Positions 14,601-26,430 of a DNA stretch of 64,000 nt are shown in pieces (within the stretch, counting starts at the first letter, position 1; each line of letters starts with the position of its first letter). The position numbers and the translations under genes are program-made. The notes beneath the pieces were generated by a model that saw only the letters and a program-made list of their open reading frames with translations, did no database searches and was not told the origin of the DNA. Source of the DNA: Mobula birostris (lineage: Eukaryota); contig NC_092370.1 of assembly GCF_030028105.1 (NCBI RefSeq), positions 119,934,221 through 119,998,220 of the forward strand, written 5' to 3'.

Positions 14601-15884
14601 AGGGTCTTGCAATTAACAGTGTACTGTTTCTTTACATCTAATCTCCCAAATACAACACTTTACATTTAGCCAGGTTAAATTCCACCTATTTCTATGCCCA
14701 TATTGATTGTTTTCTTTTGGCAATCTTCTACACTATCCACAGAGCCACCAATCTTTGTGTCATCTGCAAACTTACTAACCCACCCGTTACATACTGTCCT
14801 GTGATTTTTGTGCAGGAAAATGAGAGTAATCAGAGCAGATCTGTACCTAAAGACATTTGCTTCAGATCGATCACATATGAAAGATGCTCACGGAATGTGG
14901 CGCATGGCTCCTCCACCATATCCATGTATTCAGACTGCGGGTATGTGTAATAAAACTTGTTAGTGTTCCTAAGTCACTCTATTCCAAAAGCAGTTAATGT
15001 ACCCTTTCTAACATAACTGACGCCTGGAATGTACTGGTGAAATTAAGGTCTTGAGCTGTATAGCTGTGTGTAACGTGGCCCTTGTTTGTTTATTCTGAGA
15101 ATTTATGATGGCTGGAAAGGCTTGTGTTTATTGAGGAGGCGGTGGTGAGATGCCACTTTAAACCACTGAAGTCCTGGTAGTAAAGATGCTCCCACAGTCC
15201 TGCTGGTGAGGGAGTTCCAGGACCTGGACTCAGGCACTGATGAAGGAGCAATAATATTTTTCCAACTTGAGATTGTAGTGTGAACCAGAGAGGTACAGCA
15301 CTTACAAAAGGTGTTCCCTGCACTTTGTTCTTCTAGGCAAAAGACACTGCAGACTCAGGAAGTGCTTTTGAGGAAGCCTAGATGAACTGTTGCATAGCAT
15401 CAAGTGATTAAGGCAGGGGTTCCCAACCTGGGATCCACTGACCCCTGGGTTAATGGTAGGGGCCCATGGCATAAAAAATGGTTGGGAATCCCTATTTTAA
15501 GGTGATGATGCAGTGAGAGTCAACTTTGTCCTGAAAATTATTGAGATTCTTGAAGTAGCTTTCTAAGTGGTTGTTGCTTGTCCACAAGACATGGTATCTG
15601 ATGTGTTTGCAAGGCTAAACAAATTAAGTCACACTTTGATGCTTATCTTAGATGAAACTGTGAAGGATATTGCTGGAGTAAATGAGGTAAAACTGCTTCT
15701 GTTAATGAGAGAATTGATAATAAGCATTGTTTCCTTTGCTCTACTAACCTGTTGTGATTTTGATTGAAATCTAGAGGCAAAAATGAACTTGGATGACTTC
15801 ATCAGTATGAATCTTGCTGTCGGATGGGGCGATGTTTATACCTTCACAGAATTTGTCCAACAGTTTGGAAGTACAAAGCAATGA
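2502..15884 (+). CDS. NTAQ1: Protein N-terminal glutamine amidohydrolase (NTAQ1/WDYHV1), 5'-partial; join(2502..2601,5663..5713,11045..11193,14816..14940,15775..15884)
   Basis: Spliced translation (C)[12 protein letters not shown]...ISNDQKM|[17 protein letters not shown]|DYHVILLH...[11 protein letters not shown]...R|[23 protein letters not shown]...[10 protein letters not shown]|[12 protein letters not shown]...[20 protein letters not shown] matches vertebrate NTAQ1, including the WDYHV motif. All introns are GT-AG with consistent phases. Confidence 0.97.
2690..3185 (+). mobile_element. RTE-like LINE 3' remnant
   Basis: [11 protein letters not shown] resembles the RTE ORF C-terminus; heavily decayed. 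Confidence 0.45.
5663..5713 (+). CDS. NTAQ1: NTAQ1 coding exon 3 (51 nt)
   Basis: taaag|GTG CCT ATA TGG...ATC TGG|gtaagt; [17 protein letters not shown]. Confidence 0.95.
6915..9325 (+). mobile_element. Penelope-like element (RT C-terminus, GIY-YIG endonuclease, hammerhead-like pLTR), split by a CR1 insertion
   Basis: Decayed frames resembling YKPTDSHSYLDY, FSQFLRL, FQVRQHF..VVYCIRC..YIGET and [25 protein letters not shown]; terminal CTGATGAAGGGTCTCAGCCC at 9224. Confidence 0.8.
7629..8795 (-). mobile_element. 5'-truncated CR1 LINE nested in the Penelope-like element
   Basis: CR1-type 3' end (cttatggtct-like short repeats) at the 7629 side; decayed RT ([14 protein letters not shown]) toward 8795. 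Confidence 0.85.
9990..10345 (+). mobile_element. CR1 LINE 3' end fragment
   Basis: [19 protein letters not shown]-type ORF2 end, then the 3' UTR (gggccaaatggg...cttatagtctt). Confidence 0.85.
11045..11193 (+). CDS. NTAQ1: NTAQ1 coding exon 4 (149 nt)
   Basis: atcag|GAT TAC CAT...AGA CG|gtgagc; contains the catalytic His (DYHV) and Asp (YDLD) motifs. Confidence 0.96.
11386..12120. mobile_element. Non-autonomous hAT (Charlie/Buster-like) element with nested internal transposon ends
   Basis: TIRs CAGGGGTCCCCAGC / GTTGGGGACCACTG; perfect 8-bp TSD CCATAGTC at 11378-11385 and 12121-12128. Confidence 0.85.
13070..13575 (+). mobile_element. Interspersed repeat resembling an RTE-clade LINE 5' UTR or derived SINE
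   Basis: AGAGAAGGAAAACTCTGATCTCAAAC and the surrounding layout recall RTE 5' regions (recognised from memory); no ORF. Confidence 0.4.
13915..14785 (-). mobile_element. 5'-truncated CR1 LINE ending ~30 nt before NTAQ1 exon 5
   Basis: Minus strand: [14 protein letters not shown] at the truncated end, [22 protein letters not shown]; CR1 3' tail near 13915. Confidence 0.88.
14816..14940 (+). CDS. NTAQ1: NTAQ1 coding exon 5 (125 nt)
   Basis: tgcag|G AAA ATG AGA...ACT GCG G|gtatgt; [10 protein letters not shown] and PPPYPCI motifs. Confidence 0.96.
15414..15494. mobile_element. Small hAT-type MITE
   Basis: CAGGGGTTCCCAACC...GGTTGGGAATCCCTA with an imperfect 8-bp TSD (gattaagg/ttttaagg); relatives at ~42540-42620 and 49051-49112. 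Confidence 0.7.
15775..15884 (+). CDS. NTAQ1: NTAQ1 last coding exon to TGA
   Basis: TACTAAC branch site at 15742-15748; ctag|AG GCA AAA ATG AAC TTG GAT GAC TTC ATC AGT ATG...CAA TGA. Confidence 0.95.
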
Positions 15885-16313
15885 TATTTGGAATAACAAA
15901 AAAAAATCAGTAGTTCCAGTCTTAGCCCTTGGTCTGCAAGATTTGAAGGAAATGTAATAAGAGAGCTTTAATTAATTGGCAGGAAGTATTTTGGGTACTG
16001 AACAAAAATAGGCATTTAAAAAAATGTCTGAGGCGGTAGGAATACAGCAGTTTATAAAAATCTAATTCAAGCGATAGCCATTGGAAATGTGATTTGCAAA
16101 GAGGCCCTCAAATTGTAAATATTCCTGAGTGAACTCTAAGCATTATATGAAGACGTGGTGATAAACTGGTTCCTACATTCATTTACTATACCTTTGCACA
16201 TTGAACCGAGTACTGACTGTTCCTTAGTGCAATGGTATCACAAGGAAAGGACCAATTCTATCTGTTCTGTGTGGAAACCTCAAGTCTTGTTATTGCACAG
16301 TGTAAAATAACTC

Positions 16314-16319
16314 AATAAA
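16314..16319 (+). terminator. Probable NTAQ1 polyadenylation signal
   Basis: AATAAA ~430 nt after the stop, followed by a GT/T-rich tract (ttgtctttttgtcttgtatgtc). Confidence 0.7.
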
Positions 16320-16602
16320 ATGTCACCTTTTAACACTTGAAATTGTCTTTTTGTCTTGTATGTCATGTTCAGATAGTCACGCGAATGTGATTTTGCATTG
16401 TGTTATAACTGATATGGCATAGTTATTTAAACTCAAGGGGTTTGAGAATGTTATTAGCCTGCATGATAACTCTCAGTGATTGTGTTATTTTGTTATGCCA
16501 ATAGGCAATTGATTAATCATCAATATTTGGTGATTCTCGAACTGGAGTTGCCCATGCTGTATATTGGAAATCAATGCAAAGTTCCCTAACGCTAGGGAAA
16601 TA

Positions 16603-17665
16603 CAGTGGATTGTTGTTAAGTGGATCATCGGTTAATCGGGGCAGCCACTTATTTGGGACAACTCTTAAAGAACAAACACTATTTGAGAAAATAGCTGGCA
16701 TTCCTTTTGTTTATTTAGGACAATATGCTGCTTAGTTAGGACAGAAGAGCATTGCCGAGCAGTTTCCAACGAGTGTCAATCGCATGCACATTGTGTGCCC
16801 ATTAGACGCTACACATGCTTAGAGCAAACAGTTGCGTGTGTTTGTGTTCAAACAGCAGTGATTTTTGTTACTGATTGTTGGCGAGAAATAAGCAGCAAGA
16901 CAACTCAGAACCGTTTTGCTCACTACAGTTTCAAGCATCCAGACTTGGAAATGCCAGAAACAGCCGGAAGTGAAAATGAAATGAAATTAAGAACTACGAA
17001 GAATTTGAAGGAATCGACAATCATCTTGAATGTTACCTTTGATCCCCACTGGGCAGTCAGCTCGCACCAGTGGTGCCAAGTAGCTGTTTGCATGCAACAG
17101 CAGTCACACACTGGAACACTGCTTTGATGGAGGGCTAAACCAGGTGAGGTAGCTGGTGGGTCTCATACCCCGGTGAGATAGGGGCATGCAAACTCAGCTC
17201 TGGCAGACTAAGCAGATGAGATCTGCAGTGAGATTTAACAGCCAGGAAGGAAGTTCTACAACCTACGTCGAGAGCAAAGAGCATGACAAGGCACAGAAGA
17301 AGTTGTGGTTATCCACTGCAACCAGGGAACACCCCAGTTGTGACGTTTACCTGTCCCACTGGACCTGGGTTTCCGAAGTCGAGAGAGTGGAACTGCCACA
17401 GTGCAATAACTTTTTCACTTTAAAATCTCACTTGCACAGATTTCCTGTCATCGTTGGATATCAAGGCCAATCCGTAGGATTGGTAGTGTTCTAATTTGTT
17501 CTGTATTTCATTTAAATACTTAACTTGTTTCTCGGTTAAATAGCAGTTTGTCTTTTTTTAATACATTTTCAACTATTTCCATGAAACTTTGGCTAATTGG
17601 GGCAGCCACTTCATTGAGCCAAAATGTACTGGTCTCAATGTGTCTCAGTTAACCAGAATCCACTG
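16603..17665. mobile_element. pogo/Tigger-like non-autonomous DNA transposon interrupted by an RTE-5'-like insert (~17036-17480)
   Basis: TA|CAGTGGATT...AATCCACTG|TA ends; internal TTQNRFAHYSFK resembles a Tigger transposase C-terminus. Confidence 0.7.
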
Positions 17666-18150
17666 TACACCATTTGAACTACATTTTAAAGCAAAGTATA
17701 CACAGGGTTTCAGTGGACCTATCACAAGAAGGAGGAAAGAGTCAATTTTAAGATGCAGTGCTCTCTTGTAATGGAATGGTGGAGCAGACTTGATGGGCCA
17801 AATGGCCTAATTCTGCTCCTGTGTCTTGTATCTTATGGAATGGTTAGGACAACAGCACTAAAGCTCCAGCATCTGAGAGATTCAGGCTGCCAATTTAATT
17901 CCTTCCAGTAGTTTCTCCTTTCTCTTTTGGATATTTTTTGAATCTAATTCCTCCGGTCCCTTTTTTTTTGACTGCCTGATGAGTCATCAGGCCTTCTCTT
18001 TTGCAGATGAACACAGATGAATCGGATCCTATTTTCCCTCAATATTTACATTTCCAATAGAATTTCTGGCTGAGTGTGAGAGTCATGTTTAGGCAATATT
18101 CATCAGTAAAGATTTTGAAGGTTCCCTCATTGCCAACACCTAGACAAATG

Positions 18151-18680
18151 TAGCATTGTGCAAAAGTATCAGGCACATATATATAGCTAGGGTGTGTAAG
18201 ACTTTTGCACAGTATTGTATTTGTCAATGTGGAGCAGAGAGCGAGTTTGTAAATTTGGTGGCAGCCAAGGATATTGTGAATGGTGAGAGTGGAGTGCTGC
18301 AGGAGGGGTGTGGGACAGGTGGCAGAGAAGGAGTGCCAGGGTTGGGAGTGGTGTGAGTGCAGACACACCCAGTCCTGAGACACCAGGCAAGGTCATTTGA
18401 TTCCAAACAATTGGTTATTGATCATTACAGAATGTCTCTCTGTCTTCCGCTCCCTCCCCTCTCCCTTCCATTTTTCCCAACCATGATTCCCCTCTTCCTG
18501 CCTTTTTCCTACTCTCAATCCACAATAAAGACCCATATCAGATTCAGGTTTATCATCACTCACATATGTCATGAAATTTGTTTTTGTTGTGTGCAGCAGT
18601 ACAATACAATATTACTACAGTACTATGAAGAAGTCTTAGGTGTATGTATGTATATATCTTAGGACTTTTGCACAGTACTG
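18151..18680. mobile_element. Tc1/mariner-type MITE with doubled ends
   Basis: TGTGCAAAAGT...ACTTTTGCACAGTACTG|TA; inverted partial copy at ~40575-40832. Confidence 0.7.
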
Positions 18681-18854
18681 TAGGCTTGTCTCAATAGTGA
18701 CATAGTGGTTAATGCACTAGCTGTGTATTCCTCATACAGTTTGATGCAGTGCTGAACTATTGATATTGTTGGTCCTGTCTCTCTGATGGAGCTTTAAACC
18801 AAGGCCCCTCTGTCCTCTCAGATGACTGGAAAGATCCCATGTGGCCACTCAGTT

Positions 18855-19297
18855 TTCTTCATGCCCCCAATGACTCTTGCCAATTTCTACAGATGCATTG
18901 ATAGCATCCTATCCAGGTGGCAACTGCTCTGCCCAAGATGGTAAGAAATTGCAGAGAGTTGTGAACACCGACCACCCAGTCCGTTGTCCAAACCAACCTC
19001 CCCTCATTTGACTCTGTCATCATTTCTGCTGCCGACATAATCAAGAACTCCTCCCACCCTAGCTGTTCTCTTCTCTCCCATCTCCCATTGGACAGAAGAT
19101 ACAAAATCTTGAGAGCACGTTCTGCCAGATTCAAGGACAGCTGCCATCCAACCATAATCAAAATGACTCCTTGTATACGAAAGGGTGAACTTTTGATCTC
19201 CCAAACTACTTTGTCATGGTATTTTGTCTGCCTGCACTACACTTTCTCTGTAACTGTAACACTATATTCTGCATTCCATTTTTCTTTGTACTTCTAG
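18855..19297 (+). mobile_element. Rex1/Babar-like LINE 3' fragment (tail resumes at ~22355-22425 after the CR1 insertion)
   Basis: LANFYRC, GNCSAQDGKKLQRVVNT and RRYKILRARSARFKDS. Confidence 0.75.
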
Positions 19298-19299
19298 CA

Positions 19300-22200
19300 T
19301 GATAGAAACATAGAAAACCTACAGCACAATACAGGCCCTTCGGCCCACAATGCTGTGCCGAACATATACTTACTTAGAAATTACCTAGGGTTACCCATAG
19401 CCCTCTATTTTTCTAAGCTCCATGTACCTATCCAGGAGTCTCTTAAAAGACCCTATCGTATCCACCTCCACCACCATTGCTGGCAGCCCATTCCACACAT
19501 TCTCACCACTTTCTGCATTTAAAAAAAACAACAACTTACCCCTAACATCTCCTTTGTACCTGCTTCCAAGCACCTTAAAACTGTGCCCTCTTTTAGGCAT
19601 TTCAGCCCTGGAAAAAAAGCCTCTGACTATCCACATGATCAATGCCTGTCGTCATCTTATACACCCCTGTCAGGTCAACCCTCATCCTCCACCGCTCCAA
19701 GCAGAAAAGGCGAAGTTCACTCAACCTATCCTCATAAGGCATGCTCCCCAATCCAGGCAACATCCTTGTAAAACCCCTCCGCACCCTTTCTGTATTTTCC
19801 ACATCCTTCCTGTAGTGCGGTGACCAGACCTGAGCACAGTACTCCAAGTGGGGTCTGACCAGGGTCCTATAAAGCTGTAACATTGCTTCTAGGCTCTTGA
19901 ACTCAATCCCATGATTGATGAAGGCCAATGCACCATATACTTTCTTAACCACAGAGTCAACATGCGCAGCAGCCTTGAGGGTCCTATGTACTCAGACCCC
20001 AAAATCCCTCTGATCCTCCACACTGCCAAGAGTCTTACCATTAATACTATATACTGCCATCATATTTGACCTACCAAGATGAACCACTTCACACTTATCT
20101 GGGTTGAACTCCATCTGCCCAGTTTTGCATCCTATTAATGTCCCACTGTAATCTCTGACAGTCCTCCACGCTATCCACAACACCCCCAACCTTTGCGTCA
20201 TCAGCAAATTTACTAATCCATCCCCCCACTTCCTCATCCAGGTCATTTATAAAAATCAAGAAGAGAAGGGGTCCCAGAACAGATCCCTGAGGCACACCAC
20301 TGGTCACAGACCTCCATGCAAAATATGACCTGTCTACAACCACTCTTTACCTTCTGTGTGTAAGCCAATTCTGGATTCACAAAGCAAGGTCCCCTTGGAT
20401 CCCATGCCTCCTTACTTTCTCAATAAGCCTTGCATGGGATACCTTATCAACTGCCTTGCTGAAATCCATATACACTACATCTATTGCTCTAGTTTGATCA
20501 ATGTGTTTAGTCAAATCCTCAAAAAAATTTAATCAGGCTTGTAAGGCATGACCTGCCTTTGACAAAGCCATGCTGACTGCTCCTAATCATATTATGCCTC
20601 TCCACATGTTCATAAATCCTGCCTCTAAGGATCTTTTCCATCAATTTACTAACCACTGAAGTAAGACTCACTGGTCTATAATTTCCTGGGCTATCTCTGC
20701 ACACACTCTTGAATAAGGGAACAACATCTGCAACCCTCCAATCCTCTGGAACCTCTCCTGTCCCCATTGATGATGCAAAGATCAATACCAGAGGCTCAGC
20801 AATCTCCTCCCTCACCTCTCACAGTAGCCTGGGGTACATCTCGTCCGGTGCTGGAGACTTACCCAACTTGATGCTTTCCAAAAGCTTCAGCACGTCCTTT
20901 TTCTTAATGTCTGTATGCTCAAGCTTTTCAATCCGCTGTAAGTCATCCCTACAATCATCAAGATCCTTTTCCATAGTGAATACTGAAGCAAAGTACTCAT
21001 TAAGTATCTCTTCTACCTCCTCCGATTCCATGCACACTTTTCCACTGTCACACTTGGTTGGTCCTATTCTCTCACATCTTATTCCCTTACTCTTCACATA
21101 CTTGTAGAATGCCTTGGAGTTTTCCTTAATCCTGTTTGCCAAGCCCTTCTCATGGCCCCTTCTGGCTCTCCTAATTTCATTCTTAAGCTCCTTCCTGCTA
21201 GGCTTATAGTATTCCAGATCTCTATCATTACCTAGTTTTTTTGAACCTTTCGTAAGCTTTTCTTCTTGACTTGATTTTCAACAGCCTTTGTACACCACGG
21301 TTCCTGTACCCTACCATCCTTTCCCTGTCTCATTGGAACATACCTATGCAGAACGCCACACAAATATCCCCTGAACATTTGCCACATTTCTTGCTGTACA
21401 TTTCCCTGAGAACATCTGTTCCCAATTAATGCTTCCAAGTTCCTGCCTGATGGCTTCATATTTCCCCTTACTCCAATTAAACGCTTTCCTAATTTGTCTG
21501 TTCCTATCTCTCTCCAATGCTATGGTAAAGGAGATAGAGTTGTGATCACTGTCTCCAAAATGCTCTCCCTCTGAGAGATCTGACACCTGACCAGGTTCAT
21601 TTCCCAATACCAGATCAAGTACAGCCTCTCCTCTTGTAGGCTTATCTACATATTGCGTCAGGAAACGTTCCTGAACACACCTAACAAACTCCACCCCATC
21701 TGAACCCCTTGATCTAGGGATATCAATATTTGGGAAATTAAAATCTCTACCATGACAAACCTGTTATTATTATACCTTTCCAGAATCTGTCTCCCTATCT
21801 GGTCCTCGATGTCCCTGTTACTGTTGGGTGGTCTATAAAAACACCCAGTAGAGTTATTGACCCCTTCTTGTTCCTAACTTCCATCCACAGAGTCTCAGTA
21901 GACAATCCCTCCATGACTTCCTCCTCTTCTGCAGCCGTGACACTATCTCTGATCAGCAGTGCCACGCCCCCACCTCTTTTGCCTCCCTCCCTGTCTTTTC
22001 TGAAATATCTAAAGCCTGGCACTGTAAGTAACTATTCCTGCCCCTGAGCCATCCAAGTCTCTGTAACGGCCACAATATCATAGCTCCAAGTACTGATCCA
22101 CGCTCTACGCTCATCAGCTTTGTTCATGATACTTTTTGCATTAAAGTAGACACATCTCAAACCATCGGTCTGAGCGCATCCCTTCTTTATCAGCTGCCTA

Positions 22201-22352
22201 TCCTCCCTGTCACACTGTCTCCAAGCTTTCTCTATTTGTGAGTCAACTGCCCCTTCCTTAGTCTCTTCAGTTCGGTTCTCACCCCCCTGCAATTCTACTT
22301 TAAGCTCTCCCCAATACCCTTAGCAAACCTCCCTGCCAGGATATTGGTCCCC
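19300..22352 (-). mobile_element. CR1 LINE with near-complete but frameshifted ORF2 and the end of ORF1
   Basis: ORF pieces: CVYFNAKSI, AVTETW, GDSDH (endonuclease); SGVPQGSVLGP, KFADD, LVRPHLEYC (RT); 3' tail ttttctatgtttctat. Confidence 0.93.
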
Positions 22353-23814
22353 CGGTATGATCTGTCCGGATGGCACACAAACAAAAGCCTTTGAGTGCAT
22401 TGTCAGAATGTGACAATAATAAACTGACACAAACACTAACATTGTTATAATCTGAATTCTTCAAAGAGCAAATGAATATCTACATGACAGATAAGATGTG
22501 AGCAATTTCTTAGTGCCTTTATAAGATTGATTGCTTTGTTGTTTGTGAAGCAGGTCAATCTTTGCAAAACATCTAACCAATTTTATCCATATCTAAGCGG
22601 CTTAAAGGCAAGAACACTGAGTCATCTACAAATATTTCAGCAAAGAATTTCCTTGAGCTAGTGCTCTCCTGTGAGATTTTTTTTTGTGTGACTACAACAG
22701 AGACTTTTCAGAAAGTTTCTCCCCCTCCAAATTATTGCATACATTATTTTAATGTAGTTGCTAGAAATCTGAAATAAAAGAGAATCTGGAAATGTACCCC
22801 AGGCAGTATCTGCAGAAACACAGAAATAGAATTAACCTAGATTAACCGGTCACCAAACCTAATCAGATCTGATAGAAGTGGGAAGGGATGGTAATTTTGT
22901 CCCACTACAGTATAGGGTACCTTTTTCCATTCTCCCAATTTTCCTAGTGGTGTTGTATCTGTCCTGATGAGAAAATCTTAGCTCAGCATTTCCACAATGT
23001 CTTTTTCCTATAACTTTCCTCCACCAACTTTGGCATGGCTCCCAAATGCACTCATTCCGTATCCTGCACTTATCGAATCCTTTCTCATAGAAATTGTAGA
23101 GCACAGAGGTGCTGCCTTTGACCCACCACATCCATGCCAATCTCTTTGTCCAACTACACTCATCCTATTTGCTTGTACTAGGATACGCTTCTCTGTCTTG
23201 CTGGTCTAAATGCCTCTTAAACATAGTGACTGTCTCTGTCTCTGACAAAGTGCTCGAGATACCAACCACCCTGCATTTCAATTTCCAGAGATACTGTCTG
23301 ACATGCTATTTCTAGTATCTATCAAATTCAGCATTTTTTTAATATATCTTTTCTGTTCTTATCCACATTCTCCTCTGGACAGATCATCCACAACTAACAA
23401 GCTTTCACCACCCTCTCTCACCCTTTTGTTCTCCACACTGTCACAGATACTCTTCCTGTTCTCTCCACCCCTGTCCCTTGATCTTGAACTTTTCTTGGCT
23501 CTGATGGAAAGTTGCTGACCAGAAAACATTGACCCTGTCTCTTGTTTCTAATATGCTGCCTCTCCTGTCAGGCATTTCCCACATTTTCCTCCTTGAATTG
23601 CCACCTCCTCACTGATGCACAGTCAACCCGGTGCAGGGCGTAAAGTCAGAGAGTCAAAAAGTCATAAAGCAATACAGCACAGATACAAGCCCAATGTGCC
23701 CGTGCTGACCACGTTCTCTACCCAGTCCAATTTCCCCTTTCACCCATATTCTTCCAACTCCATGTACTCCATACCCCCTTTTGAGTAATAGAGACAGAAG
23801 AATTACTAAACATT

Positions 23815-24295
23815 GAAGACGGCCCAGAGAAGGTTCATGTGAGTAATGCTGGGAAAGGAAAGGTTAACGTACGGGGAGTGTTTGATGACTCTGGGCCTTT
23901 ACTCACTGGAGTTTAGAAGAATGAGGGAGGGATTTCATTGAAACATACCAAATATTGAAAGGACTAGATACAGGACATGGAGAGGATGTCTCCAGTAGAA
24001 GGGGAGTCTCGGACCAGAGGGCTCAGCCTCAGGATACAAGGACATCCCTTTAGAACAGAAATGAGATGGAATTTCATTAGCCAGAGGGTGGTGAATCTGT
24101 GGAATTCATTGCCACAGAAGATTGTGGAGGCCAAGTTACTGGGCAGATTTAAAGCAGAGGTTGAAAGTTTATTTATTAGTAAGGGCATCAAAGGTTACGG
24201 GGTTGAGAGGAATAGTAAAATCAGCCATGATCAAATGGTAGAGCATACCTGTTGGGCCGAATGGCTGGATTTTGCTGTATTGATTTATGGTCTAA
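23815..24295 (+). mobile_element. CR1 LINE 3' fragment
   Basis: ORF 23977: [25 protein letters not shown], then the 3' UTR. Confidence 0.85.
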
Positions 24296-25814
24296 GCAAC
24301 AGAGACTATCAAATTCAAATTAATTTAAACAAGTGGATTAAATCTTTGAAGAATATCATTGCCATGTTAAATATGGTATCAAATGTTAAAGAATGTTTCC
24401 CTGAGGTTTTGGAACTGTTAACAATTCTATGTGCTTGGAATTAAGTATGAGTAGAAAGACTAGTCTATTCAGAGATTGAAAATTCACGTTGCATGATGCA
24501 CTACACAAAGCTAGAAAGTAATAATATGTATCCTGCTGAGGGCAGCAGAGTCTCCTTGGATGGCTCGCTTCTCTTCTCCCCTCCCCTCCCCCTGCATAAC
24601 TCCTATTCTGACCACAAGTCTAATAAGTAAGGTGAAAATGAAGGAAGCTGGACTTGGAGCGACTCTCTGATTATCAGATAGCATTAAAGAATTTTGGACT
24701 GTGCAGCTGTCTGCTATTTGAATCTGTTCCACCTTCTAGAGATTTCACTTGTTGCTAGCCATACTGTAACCCATTCTTGTAAACAGCTCATAAAAACTGT
24801 ACCCAGTACCATAAAAACAGCCTGCGTGGGTCTTCTATTCACTATGTCTGGATAACCCCAATCACTACTTCAGTAGAGCAACACTTTGATAACTTTGCAC
24901 CATAATAAACATTTTTTTTGTTCTAATTGTATTCTTTCAGATAAAATTGTGTGTTATGTATGTTTAACCAATGCTTTTCTTGTGAATGTTGTGTGCCTAT
25001 AATGCGGCTGCAAATAAGTTTTTCCATTGCACCTATGCATACATGTCTGGTACTTGTGTATAGGACATTCAAATTGACTTTGGCTGCTCTGAAATAACAA
25101 GGAGTGTACTTGTCCACAGTGTCTTTTGCACTTCAGGATGTTATAAAGTGCTCTTCAGAAAGTGTATTGCTTTTAAAGTATAATGAATGTTGTCAGGTGG
25201 AAATCTTTGTACTTTTATAATTCATGAAAGGTGGTAACCAACTACACAACAAGCTTCACAAATGTGATCGTTGTTGAAGTGAAGCTGGTATGGGGATAAA
25301 TATTAGACAGGATACTGAGATTCAGATTCCTATTCAGATTTAAATTTATTTATCACACATACGTCAAAACATACAGTGAAATGTGCCTTTTGCGCTAACA
25401 ACTAACATACCCCAAGGACATACTGGAGGCAGCCTGCACATGTCTCCACACATTCTGGCACCAACTTCCCTGACCTTTGCCAGGATACCTGTGAGAGCAG
25501 GCAGGGCCATGGACCTCTGACTGTGCAGTAGTCTAATGGAGCGTTGACCTCAAGTGTTTGGAGTAGTACCTACAACCCCCGAATCAGAGATTTTCTGTAA
25601 TGTGGTAAATCAGGAATCACTATCAATATAGTAAAATTACCTTTTTGCTTAGTACTTGTTTAAGGAAAAATGAGAGTTGCTGGGAATGCTGATATCCTTT
25701 GGAGTCGCAAAGAAAATGGCAAGAAACCTTCTTGAACCCTGTGGTGTCAAGGTGAATTCAGCAGTTTGGCTTGCTGATGACTTAATGCTGAAGCTGGTAT
25801 AACATCCAGTATGT

Positions 25815-25939
25815 GGAAAAAGGATCTAATGCTAGGATCTAGGCATCATCCCTGAAGAAGAAGATGGCAAAGTTTGTCATCGAAACGTCAGTTGTAATCG
25901 ATAACTGTACCCGGCTGGAAGCCCAAGAAGAGTCTATTC
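25815..25939 (+). mobile_element. 125-bp Penelope-pLTR-like insertion with a hammerhead-like motif
   Basis: 14-bp direct repeat AACATCCAGTATGT at 25801-25814 and 25940-25953; CTGAAGA...stem...GAAACGTC core. Confidence 0.7.
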
Positions 25940-26129
25940 AACATCCAGTATGTTACTTAACATGTTCACATATTTCAATCACGTCCTAATTCTCAGGGTA
26001 TGGGCAAGACCTGACCTTTGCCATGTGCCCTGATCGCTTTTGTGACATTGGAGTTGGTGCTCTTGTTGAAGTGCAGTGGTTTGGTGTCCTTTTTGAGTGC
26101 ACTTAACAATCAATCACCTTGCATATGAA

Positions 26130-26430
26130 ACATTAGGCCCATCGAGTCTATGCCAGCTATAAGGGGCATTTCCTTTAGTCCTTCTCTCCTTCTTATAGCC
26201 CACCATCCTATTCTCACTCATGTCCTCATCAACTCCTTGCTGATTCTACTACCACTGATTCACCTTAGGGATGATTGACAATGGCTGATTAACCTATCAA
26301 CCAGCTCATCTTTGGGATGTGGGAGGAAAGAAGAGCTCCTGGGGGAAACCATGCAGTTACAGGGAGAATGGGCAAACTTCACACAGACAGCACTCGAAGT
26401 CTGAATCAAATCTAAGTTGCTGGGGCAGTG
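26130..26430 (-). mobile_element. V-SINE-like tRNA-derived SINE remnant
   Basis: TCTTTGGGATGTGGGAGGAAA...GGGAGAATGGGCAAACTTCACACAGACAGCAC; similar copies at ~29240-29400, ~34545-34800 and ~57480-57725. Confidence 0.6.

Noticed and set aside
17974-17992. Perfect palindrome GCCTGATGAGTCATCAGGC as a hammerhead
   Set aside because: It has CTGATGA but no stem II-GAAA or cleavage triplet; at most an isolated AP-1-like site.
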